A stretch of 64,000 nt of DNA from Raillietiella orientalis. Lineage: Eukaryota. The translations under genes and the position numbers were made by a program. The stretch is from assembly GCA_036172245.1 (NCBI GenBank), contig JAYWIR010000001.1:8928001-8992000 (forward strand), in the 5' to 3' direction. This document shows, piece by piece, positions 10,350-22,068 of this stretch. The notes under the pieces are model-generated. The model ran no database searches, had not been told where the DNA came from, and saw only the letters and a program-made list of their open reading frames with translations. Position 1 is the first letter of the stretch. Every line of letters starts with the position of its first letter.

Positions 10350-12000
10350 TGCTAATTTTGTACTCCGGCTGCTATTTCCGTTTGGGACGAACTCCCTGGC
10401 GTCACCTGGATCGAAAAAGTCCTTCTGGATGACACCTCGGCTCATAGGAATGGAACGTGCCAAAGCCTGCGCTGGTGCAGCCGTCCGTCTATGGAAAGCG
10501 AATCGGCAGCATCCCGGTTTTTGACTTCCGGCGACGATCGGCGCGCGCGGATGCTTGTCCTCGGAGTTGTGCCCCCTTGCCGCTTTCGGGAGACGGGAAA
10601 GCGGGAGGAGAGCACGTGCGGATGCGGCGGAAAGCGCACTGCTGCTCCGGCCGCGACGCCTTTCCAAAAGTCAGGTCAGCGACGCGAGCCACATGCAACG
10701 AGCTCGACTGCGCCCGTCCCGGGGCAAAGCGCGCCTTTCTGCGGGCGCTTGGCAGTTGGATGGCTCGCCCGCGCTGTCGCTACGGGAGGTGGCTCCTTCT
10801 GCCGAGCGTTCCCGCAGGGGACGGGCGTCTTTTTAGCACGCAGGATGCGCTGGCTCCTACCCCCTATCAGCCAGAAGGAGACCCTGCAGCTGCACGTCCG
10901 TGGAGAAGCATCTTCCGCCCACCTTCCCGTTCGAGGAGGCTCCGACCTAGAGGGACAGGCGAGATTCGTTCCCGACGGTTCCATGGAGCGGCTACGGAAG
11001 GAAGACTTCGCATTGGCGGGGCAGATGGAATGCGAAGCGCTCCCGGATCGCATCCTCCTTCTTAGAATCGCTGCTGCTGTTTTCGCGTGGAAGACGTGCG
11101 AGGCGAGATCGCTCGGGAGCGAGCACGTGGCGTGGCGCCCGAGGGCGCAACACCTTCCGCCGTGTGTTGCTCCAGGCGGGCTACTGATCGACTCGCTTTT
11201 CCGGTGCTTCCTGCGAGCCTTCAGGCAACTCCTCTCCGTGCGTGGCCTCTTCGTGAGCCGCATGCATCTGCTGGCCGTCGGGTTGAGCCACAGCGAGAGA
11301 CGTCCGGCGTCCTCTCGAAGGTTTCGTGCGTCTTTGGCTCCCCTTCGTATAGAGAAGAAAGGTCATTCGTTTCCGGGCCTTCTTCCGTGGTTGCTCCGAG
11401 GAGATTGGTACTTTCAGAGCACCACGGGAAGCGAATCGCCTCCACTGCTCCCCCTTTTCGATCGTGTTCCCCATGGCAACACGCAGGAGCCTTTTCGCCG
11501 CCGGAGGGGAAAGTTGCTGTGCACCATCCACCTCCGGGGGATGAGGAGCGGACCGACTGAAAAGGACTGTTTGCGTGGCCTTGTGAAGTGAAGAGCATTC
11601 TTCGACTGTTGGTTTGGTCGAGTGCCTCAGGACCTTGCTGATTCCGACCGTCAAGTGGAACGACCCCCATAGCAACTTGCTGTGGCGGCGGTTGCACGCG
11701 CCGAGAAGTCGGATGCTGCCGCAGGATCATCGGGTTGGGACAGGGACGAAGTGGGCGTCGCGTAGCCGTCGCGAAACGGCACTTAGAGTAGCCGCGTGGC
11801 CTCGCGGTGCAATGCCTTGGAACCACAGACTCTGCCCCGTGCTCATCCGACCCGACAATGCTTCGAGGCGGTGACCTTGGGCCAGGAAAGCCGTCATCGG
11901 CGCGTGTTCCGAAGGCACTGCGAGCGTTTGGCCTATTGCATCATCTGGATCTCTCGACTGCGAGTCCCGACCCTCGCTTCCTCCTCCTTGACGTGCAGGA
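10350..12000 (+). mobile_element. Heavily eroded LINE ORF2 relic
   Basis: Remnants RAFPQG (QG motif), VFAWK...LPPCVAPGGLLID (post-RT GGL motif) and RETAL...GAMPWNHRL...GQES...C (zf-RVT) in the expected order. Confidence 0.45.
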
Positions 12001-12149
12001 CGGCTTCCGTAAACTTCCCGGGGAGGATGCTGCAACATCTGCCGGCAGGGGCACCCGTGTCGTATGGGTTAGGCACTCGAGTCCGTCATGGGTAAGTTCG
12101 CTCGAAAGATGCCCTCCGTATTCACCTGTGGCAAACGATGACCCGATCA

Positions 12150-12800
12150 AAAAGGACCACGGACGAAAGGTGACGCGATCCGTTCCCGGAGGTCGGATGT
12201 CCCGTAGGCGAGGTCGGACTTCCACGTTGGGAGATCGCGGAGGGCAGTCGAGTAGGGAGCCCCGAACGATGCTTTCGTCCTTTTCGGGAAATGGCCCTTT
12301 GGTTTTCCTAGGATCGTCGAGAGACGATTTCAAACGGGTCGAAGGATTCAACAGTCTACCAATAAGTGCGGGAAGGACTCCCTCTCGCCGCACTTTGTAC
12401 AATGGGCATCGACGCTCCCCCGTGCCCAATGAGAGATGCGTGGTCTGCATGGGATTCCTCAATGCAAGAACAGCAACGCCGTCTCTCGCCACTTCAGGGG
12501 GAAGGTGCCACTGTCCCAACACTCTGGGAACACTTCACCTCCTCCGGAGATTTTGTGAGCAGCTCGCCCCAGAGTACAAGTCCTTTCGGCGGGGTACCCG
12601 AGATAGCAACATCCGCCAGCTGCCGAGTTGTCCACACGCAGTTGTTTCCTGCCTTCGATGCAGCAGGATGTCTTCTATCTTGCCTGTTCATTGCTGTCCC
12701 TCTCATTTTTCAGGGAAGGCAGCACTGGGACAAGAGGGGTGAACGAGACTCACAGCAGTTTGCGTGGGTTGCATACGATCTTCCGCAAGGATTGTCGAGT
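12150..12800 (-). mobile_element. L1/Tx1 ORF2 3' fragment with zf-RVT
   Basis: FPLKWRETALLFLH*GIPCRPRISHWARGSVDAHCTKCGERESFPHLLVDC*ILRPV* at ~12510-12330. Confidence 0.75.
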
Positions 12801-14924
12801 GTATCTCAACATCTAGGTTAATAGGTGGCCTTGAAAATTTAAGACTACCTATTAACCTTGAAAATCTAAGGAAGTTCAGCAGCGTAAGAGCCCCTCATAA
12901 AAATATTCTAGTTCATGAAGGCATGGTGTACGATTTCTGTATTAGTACCATTCCTTCACCGAATCAGTATGAGGAAAGCTTCAAGAGTTAGAACAGAATT
13001 ACATCATGGAAACAATAGATATCAGGATAGAATTAACAATAGATTATTCTGATTCATAACATCTTTGACTCATTATAAAATCAGCCTTTGTAACACATCA
13101 AGGTCATGTTCACATAACGAAATTGCTTTATTTGTTACTGTAGCCTGTCAGTCAGTCATTCACCTTTAAATGTACTCAAAAACAATCTGAAAAAAAACAT
13201 AGTAACGAATATCTCTTACAGGACAGACAAATAGATAATCTCCTCCTGAGTATCACCCAAGTATCATCGAAGATCATTCAAGTAATATTTTGTATTACAA
13301 TTATCATGAGAATCAATGTAAACATTCAAATTCCATTGGAGCATCAAAAATTGCAGTAAATTGAATTTCTTAAGAAAGTTCAAAAGGCCATACCAGCAAA
13401 AAATTACACACTATGGACTATGATGTAGAACCATAGTTGCATGTTAATGTAAAATAAATTCATCGAATTTTTATCGCTTCTTAGAGCAGTGCACCTTCAC
13501 TCATGGACTAATCCAATTAATGACTAGCCATGGTCCTTCTTATAATGTTGACTATTGATCAACAGAGAAGCTTTTCACTTTCATTTCGTATGTCTACTTT
13601 ATTATACATCATTAGGTTGGTACCTGCGAGTGAGTATATTAGCTATACTTATTCCTGTTTTATCAGGGTTGTCATAAAGCAGCTTGTGTTGGTATTTGAA
13701 ATAGCTTATTAATGAATGTGTTAATTTGATGTCATTGTCTTTGGTAATGAAAATTGCAGATGAAAAAAAAAAAAAAAAAGCTCTGAATACAGTGTTTTAT
13801 ATACTAAGAAATGTAGTGTTCTCTATTTGCAAACGATTAGGACAAGTTGCATGCTATAATTGAAGATCTACTGTGAAGACACTTGATTTTCAGATTTAAG
13901 TCTAATTTTGCTTATGTAAACTTCAAATATGAGCTAAAGTAAACACAATATTCTAAGGAATGCCTACAATTACTGATCAGAGGAAGTTTGCAGTAGAAGT
14001 GGAGCTAGCATCGTAAACTTGGAATTAGCACAAGGTTCTACTTAGAATATTCAAGCATTTGTTTTTTGTTTTTTTTTGGATAAATCAATTCGCTTGTTAT
14101 TTCTACTAAAACTTAGATTTTCATAAATTAGACGCTGACATAAATGGTATATAAATAATAAATAAGTATATTTTCATAAGATAAAGCACGTTGGCATGCA
14201 TATAAGTGAAATTTAATTTGTGATCTTCAAAACAAGTGTGAATTCCTAAGAATAAGCATTTTTCCCCCAGTAATTCAGAGTTCATTCATTCTTTGTTCAG
14301 TATTTCTTATTCATGAATTCATAAGATATTGATCAACATTTTAAGGAGTTAGAAATTAATGTACTGTACTCGTCAAAGCTTCTTCCTGTTTTTTCTCCAG
14401 AATTCAACATCATTGTCGTAGTATTTTAGCCTTCTATGAAACGAATGTTTTATTAGTGATTCGCATGCTGAAACTGGCTATTGATTACCTTTTCATCTAT
14501 TATTCATACTGCCCATTACAATGTATGCTTTAAATTCAGTCTTTGGATGCTGTCTACTTTCCACTCTTTTATAGACTTGAAGCGGGATTGTCAAGTATTT
14601 TTTATATCGGCATATGAAAACTTGAAGAGAAAACTGCCACCTCGCCACATATACATGAATTCATCATAATGAAACTGACGTTTTTTCAGTCTAAAAACTT
14701 GTAAAGAAAACCAGTTTGGTACCTCTGTAGTATTTACTTCTATGTTTACTCATATGAATATCAGTAGTGCGAAAAGTGAAATTGCGTTTGTTGCAATTTC
14801 TCTGTAAAGCTTTTATTGTATATGTATGTTTCTTCATTCTAATAATTTCTGATACTGTATTAGTTTAAGATCGTTTAAAGATTTACTCTTTATTTTCTGC
14901 GATCCTCGATGATTTGTAGGTGAA

Positions 14925-17164
14925 ATGTTTTCCTCTGGACCAAATTACAGTAAACTTAAAACAAATTTGCGTTTAGCAGTGAGTCGATTGAAGTTGTTGG
15001 AAAAGAAAAACACCGAATTAGCACAGAAAGCAAGAAGAGAAATTTCAGAATATATTGCAAATGGAAAACTGGAAAGAGCAAAAATTAAAGTTGAACATAT
15101 TATTCGAGAAGATTTTCAAGTTGAAGCAATGGAATTAGTTGAAATGTATTGTGATTTACTATTGGCAAGATTTGGGCTTCTCCAATCCATGAAGCAAGTA
15201 TATAATTGATCCAAAACTTGCATTATTTTTGTAGCCATTATGTCATTTATATTATATATGCTACTTATCATATCTCAGTGTACTTAATTGCTTATCTATA
15301 TTTGATTGTGCAGAAACCTGGATGAAGGACTTGCAGAAGCAATAACAAGCTTAATATGGGTTGCACCAAGAATGCAAGCAGATGTTGCTGAATTGAAGCC
15401 AATTGCCGAAACACTGAGTATGAAATTTGATAAGCTGTTTGTTCAGGTATGTTTCTAGAGATGCTTTGTTTTCTAAATGCTTTAGTTTATGCTTTTGACA
15501 AAAACAATTATTGTAAAACTGAAAAGAATTGTAGGGAGGGAAATGAAAAGCGGATTTCGGATAAACTGAAACAGAAGTTGAATGTGCAGGCACCACCAAA
15601 AATTCTCACGGAACAATACCTAATAGAAATCGCACGAAGTCATAATGTTACTTATGAGCCTGATCCCCAGGTAATTTTAGTTTTTTGGTATTCATTAGTG
15701 GTGTATTGAATGTCTAGTACATAAATATGAAACATTGTGTTGACATTATGTGCGCTTTTATTTTATGAATGTTCTGTAGGTATTCTTCATTCCATTAATT
15801 CCTTATTTCATTAACATTTTCATTAACATACTTAATTTGCTAAATTGCATTGAAGTATGTTTTTGTTGGTCAAGGGTATTATTAATTTTGATATCTGCTC
15901 ACAGATTATAAATACTGATGGGAAATCAAGTAGTGGAGTCCTCATTGATTTTGGCGATGGCAAAATGAATAATCTGGATGATGAGAAACCACATCCCACA
16001 GGAGTCCCTTCAGCTCCTGGTTTTATTGATTTTCCCTCCATGCCACTGCCACCATATTCACCTCCTGTTTTAGGACCAGTTGGTCCTTCACAGGTAATCA
16101 TCCATGCACTTTCTTCGATTGCTTTTCAAATTGTTATGAATTTTATCAATTGATTAAGTCTGTATTGTAGGGTCTGCCAAACATATACCCTGGAAGTCCT
16201 TATAGTGTGCCACCACGAGCAGATGACGTTAACACATTTGGAAGCAAAAGTTCCATGCTGCCATCCACTGATATTACTAAGGTGCGGGTCCTTCTTCCAA
16301 ATTAGAAAGAAAATATTTTAAAAAACTCCAATTTTAGATGCCTGTGGATGCATTCACAAACCTAGTTTTTAAAAAAAAAAAAAAACTTTGTGATGTCTGT
16401 ATGTATCCACATGTATCAGGGTTACTATAATTATGGTGTTGTTTTCTTTCCTTCTCTGTTCCCTGAGCCTCATTTTGTTGTGAGTTTTTAAAAACAAATA
16501 ACAACTATGTAGTGCATTATGCAAATGTGCAGCAACATGGTATGTGAGCTTTAGAAAACAAGGTATTTTCATCATGGCAATTTTGGTGTAGGCAACACCA
16601 AATGTTTGTTCTCCTTGAATTAAAACTGAGTGCTTTCTTTCTAACAATTCACATAGTAGCTTGCTCAAAGTTCTCGTGTGATCTTTGTTTGTATGTGGCA
16701 GTGTATTTAGGATTGATGGATATCTTTGTCACACTAATGTAGATGTAGTCATTGGTTCACAAAAATGTGTGTCAGAGTCTGCTCATGCCACTTAGTTAGT
16801 TGATGTTTATCTGTTGAACTTTTTTTTTGGATCCCATTGTATATTTGAAAACAGAGATACGAACAGTTTCTTGTACTAGGTGTTTAGCATCAAGGGTCTT
16901 AAAAGTTATGCATTTACCAATAGTTGCCTGGACAAATTTTGTGTTAAATTTGCACAAAATTTGTATTGTCTGTATATCATTTTGACACTGTCAAGTGTTT
17001 TCTTATTTCAGTCTAATGTGCATCCAGTTGTACCATCCGATTTTTTAAATTTGCCAAGTGTACCAGATGAGATACCCCCTGTGAAGCCACCAGATTCTAA
17101 TGAAGATGTTGTGGACTTTGATGATCTAACTAAGCGTTTTGAAGAACTTAAGAAGAGAAAATAG
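14925..17164 (+). CDS. IST1: IST1 homolog (ESCRT-III-associated); exons 14925-15193, 15314-15446, 15527-15670, 15905-16093, 16171-16281, 17012-17164
   Basis: MFSSGPNYSKLKTNLRLAVSRLKLLEKK...EHIIRED...CDLLLARFGL; LAEAITSLIWVAPR; APPKILTEQYLIEIA; C-terminal LPSVP and DFDDLTKRFEELKKRK (MIM elements). Exon phases are consistent. An acceptor just before the ATG implies an upstream UTR exon. Confidence 0.93.
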
Positions 17165-20100
17165 CTTCATTTCCGCTCTATTAACGAGGACATACTGTAG
17201 AATGGCTACAGTTCAATTAGCCTTTCCAAGGCAGTTAGCAGATGATTAGTGACCCTGTTGTGTTGAACTGAAGTAATGGTCTTATAAGCATATGAAGGGT
17301 TTATTTCAGTATTGGAATATATTTTTGCTTCAAATCAAAATAATTAATCATTTCGAACGAAATGGGACCATGGTGTCCGATGCTTATGGATTTACATTTT
17401 TACATGTAAGGATGCATAAGGTTGTATGTACCATACATGAATCTTTTTTACCAGTTTTGTTAGATGTAACGGATTCTGTGCTTGCTAGAATTCCTCAGTG
17501 TTTTTTTTTTTTTTACCTAATGAGGTCGTTCTAATGAATTCAGTTTTATATACAGTGGATCTGTGTGTACCAGGATAATAATTGGTTAATGTAAGGAGCT
17601 GATCATTTCAGTCACTCGTTTTCTCCATGAAAAACCTGTTGTAACAATCTTGGCTCCCGGTTTCTTGTATCTGTTTATGTGAAACAGTCATGTTCATTGA
17701 AACCAATACATTTGGGTATGTGTTGCCTTGCATTTTGAGATACGATGGCTTCAATGGTTTGTAGAAAACCATGTCATGGTGTCGAAGTTCCATTTATGTA
17801 TATTTCAGTGAGCTATGCACGTGGTTGCATAGATAGGTAGATCTCGTGATCGTGGTGGCACAGTGTTGTGTTTTCATGAGCTTCTTGCCTGTCTTCTTTA
17901 CCCAAAAAGCAAGCTCATGATGAATGAACGGTTAACAGGCAACGACAGATGATGACAAATAGTTTGTGCATAACTTACATTAGCTAATTCCGCGTGAGAG
18001 AAACAAGGATAAATTCTCCATCGGCATAAATTCTATTGTGCGAACTCAGCTAACTATACTTCTACGGTAAGCCCAGTAATCCTGTTCTCAGGTTATAAAA
18101 GATGTCATTTAAGTTGAAGAATTGTAATTCCATGTCATGTTAATGCCCCGTGCCTTTGTAAGATCATTGGTTTGGTTTCCCATTGTATGCTCCGTTGCGC
18201 TACTGTAAACACCTTATGTGACCTTTCTTTAATTTTTTTCCGTTCCGTCAGTCAATTTTTCAATGCACTTGTGCATGTGTAGGATATTTTCCAATCCTGA
18301 TTTCGGAGGAGGAGGGATTTGAAATCATTACCAGTTGTGGGTTATCTGCCCATCAATTTCTCTTTGGTTGACGGAAGAATTTCAGTGATGAAGTCTTCCG
18401 AAATTCAACCTCCTATGAAAGTGCTGCAAATTCAGCGAGTGCAGTTCTTGCTGTTAAAGTTGATGTGCTGATCTTTCTTTCCACTGGATCTTTCTCCAAG
18501 GAAACTCGACGCTCATGAAAGTTCGACGGGGAGGCCGAAGTCTAAGGATGAGAATTGCAGCTCATTCGGTTGTTTGAACCCCAGTTCGTACTTGAGATGC
18601 ATTCCGTCCATGACCGTGATGGCCATTCAAGCCGGGCTTCCAAGTTATTCTATCGAGTATTGTGTCAAGATTTTGTCGCCCCACAGCATCTTCGATGCGT
18701 GGTGATCGAAACTCATTATCGTTCGGAAAAAATTTCCTACTTTATGCATCCCCTTCAAATTGCCTCCGTTTCTCTTCCCTTCTGCGGACAGCCAATTTCG
18801 AACTTGATGCAATCCAGAATACAAAAGAAAAATTGAATGTAAGATGATTTGTGTTATGGTCGTGTAATACGAATTCTCAGTGGAGCGGCTCTCAATATCC
18901 GAGTGACGCGTTTATGAAAGTGAGCCAAGAGGCGTTCTTTGCGGCTACCAGATTCATCCACTGATTTCTACCCTGTCCGAGCATCATTTTTGATCATCTC
19001 TCACTCGGTACCCAATATGCTTGGGCGTTCGTAGGGGTTAACCGGAATCTGAAGGTGGGCGTCACCTCACAAGGCTTGCGTGGCTGTCTTTTGCCGTTCC
19101 CAGTCGAAGGCTAGAGTGCGGTGATCCATTGGTGGTCAGACATCCACTGCTCGCAAAGTAGTTGATCTGCTTCTTTTTGTGGATCAACTATCTCGACGCG
19201 CGGAAGTAGATCGGCCGTGTACTACTGGAAAGGACGACACTCTTACGCAGCGTAATGAGACTGGTTCTGCGCGGTTGGTGTCCTGGAGTCCTGCAAGTGG
19301 TGATGGAATCCCCATCGAAATCGGTCCGTCTCTAAAGACTCCTTGGCGCCTCTCTCTCCTTCTCTTCCTGTACCTGCGGTGCCCCTCTGAGTGTGAGTGG
19401 CTTCCTTTGTGCTTTGCTGATTCCCGACTTCGCTGATTTTCGGGAAATGAGAAAGACGAGATCCTCTACCGGATCGCTGCTCGCAGACTGGAATTATTCT
19501 TTTCCTATCTGTGACTTTTCCCAGGGTGTCCATTCGAAGCCTGGGGGCGAAACTCGTTCCTTCGCTAGCTCCCACTCTTCAGACACTCAAAGTTCTTTCT
19601 TCTTTTTCACCGTCAATTGCTCATTTCAAAGTAATAATAATGATGCATTTCCCATGATCCGCAAGAGGTGCACTTGTCTGTTCTCGATCGAAGCCTTTTC
19701 TTGGCTGTTTTGTTTTTCTTTCTCTGGTGACGTCACGACCTTCGAAAACGAAAATTCTCTTGAAATTCCTCTTCTTCGCCGCTTTGCAACTGTGTGCTCG
19801 TGAAGCCGGCATGCGAAGCAAGCGTGAGCGGTGCTGCTGATGCTCACAGACGGTTTCGGTTGCCAAGGTTTCCGTTTCCTGCGAGCCTTCGAGCTTTCCG
19901 CGCGCGGCTCCCAGGAGAGGGGAAAGGGAAGGACTTCTTCGCATTACTCTCCCGCGCCCTCGGCCAGGAAACCAGCTCGTCCTCCCCCTTCCATCTTGAA
20001 CCTCCCTTTTCCGTTCCTCCTCGTCTTTGCCGTAGCCCTGTTTCCCAGGAAACGGCGCGAGTTAGCGCCAGGTGCTTGTCGAGGCACGCCTACGCTCGCG

Positions 20101-20639
20101 GGATGCATCCGCGAGTGCCACCCAGCCGGGTTTGCGAAAGAATGGGATAAAAATGGCAACTCCCCCCACACACCACCACCACCGACGACGACGCGCCCTG
20201 AAAAAAAAAAAAAAAATGGGTCAGAGAGAGCGAATGCACCTACGGAAGCAAGGAGAAGGACGAAGAGGTCATCAGGGGGAGGAAGAACGACGACAGCAGG
20301 AGCGGCAGTCAGGGAGCAGCTGCGGGCAGACGTGAGGCGAGCGTCCGAAGTGCGGAGAAAGTGGGGAGGGCCTCCTGGGAACGCCGCGGCGAGTCTCCCC
20401 ACGGAAGCTGGGGAGAAAGGGCAACGCGACCGCCTGCAGCCCGCTGTTTGCGGATGCCCAGACCGCGCCGTCCCAGAGAGGCCGCGAAGTGAGCGGACAC
20501 CATCTGCCTGGACGTGCAGGGTCCGCCCCGGAGAGACCGGACGTCGGTCCTCCTCCCCTCCCTTTTCTCTCTCTTCGCTCCCCCTGCCCCCTTCCTTCCC
20601 TACTCCTCCTCTTGGGGATTCAGCGGCTGGCTAGGTCGG

Positions 20640-21200
20640 GAGGCGGAGGAGCGACAGCCGGATAGCTCCGGAAACGACGGGTTGCCTCGTAGCGATCGAG
20701 GACCGAGGAGGAACTCCGTAGGAGGTCGAAAGACCTCGGAAGTTCTGGCAGACCGTCTCGGGTGGGAGAGCGCGCGGTAGCCGTACCTGGGAAAGAAGGC
20801 GATGCAGTGGAACGGCGGCAATAAGAACGGGAGGGAGTGCCCGTGAGGCCAGTGGCTCCGCCGCTATCATCCCGAGAGGGCGCGAATCGCCCGGATGGCG
20901 CGATCTTGAGACGGAGAACTTTCCGGACGGGCGACCTGCTCTCCCTCCAGCACGCCTGGATGCTCCCCGGTGAGGGCGCTGGGGAGAGCGGCGGCGGATT
21001 CTCTCCGGCGCGACCCGTACCCGGGAAGAGTTCGGGGGAGCGTGCGAACCTCTGCAGTGGGTTTCGCAGGACTCCCGGGGGGAGGCGCCACTCCCTCACC
21101 CCTTGGTCGAGGCGGCGCGCTGCTTCAAGCACGCGTCGCCATGCAGCCACTGGACCGCCGTAAGTCCACGATCTCGGGACGATCCGCACCCCGCCGACCC
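20640..21200 (+). mobile_element. Eroded LINE reverse-transcriptase relic
   Basis: SSGNDGLP (~20664; cf. PGPDGLP), RPVAP (cf. RPISL), LLSLQHAWMLPG (cf. Q.GF.PG), LDRRKS (~21150; cf. LD.EKAFD) in the expected order. Confidence 0.35.
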
Positions 21201-22068
21201 CAGGACTTCTCCTGCCGCCGAAGAGGCAGCTGTCGGTTCCTCCCCTGACTCTCCCGCCCCCTCCTTCCCCAACCTACCGATGCAGCCGTCTCCCGTGGGG
21301 ACTCTCGCGCGGCGCTCCATTCCCGGAAGCACCTTTCCTTCCCCTTGCAGTTTCCAGGGTACGCATGACCTTCCTTCCGTCCCACGACCCGCAGCCGGGG
21401 GAACGGTCCGCCGTGCCCTCGACTGCCCGCCCACCTCCGCCCTTCCGGTCGCCCGGCTTCCGCGAAAACTCGCCGCGCCCTGCATCTTCCGCATCTCTCT
21501 CCCTCCCCCGACCTCCTTCTCCTCGCTGGGGGGCGGGGGGAAGCATCTCTCTTTCGCGACCTTCGACCGTGAAAGTTCCCGCCCCGTCCGTGCCTCCAAT
21601 CGCTGATGGCGTCCCCGGTCGCGTGTCAGGGTCGGACGGTGCCACTCCTCGCAGTCTGCGCGCGCTCCGATCTCCCAGATGGCCTTCGGGGCCACGTGGG
21701 ATCCCCCCGATCGCGAGGGGGGGCGGCTAGGTAAAGAGAGTGGGGAGTCCCTTCGGCTCCGCTCAGTCTCCTCCATCTTCCCCCTGGACCCCTCCTCCTC
21801 GCCCGCTGCGGAGGCTTGGCCCGCCTCCATCGCGAGAGCGGCGACGGCAGCGCTCGTATCCGGGAGGACGCGGAGGGGTTCCTCACCCCCTTCTGTCCCC
21901 ATCCTCCCATTTTGCCTCTCCCTCTTCCAGTCCGGCATCCTCCGAAAAGACCCCTTTATTGAGTGGTTTCCTGGGGCGCGCGCCTGCCTGTGGGCCAGAC
22001 GTCCCTCGGACTAGACAGGAGGAGCGAGGGGGTGGGGAATCGCCTCGCAGGGGGGAGAATGGGGGGCT

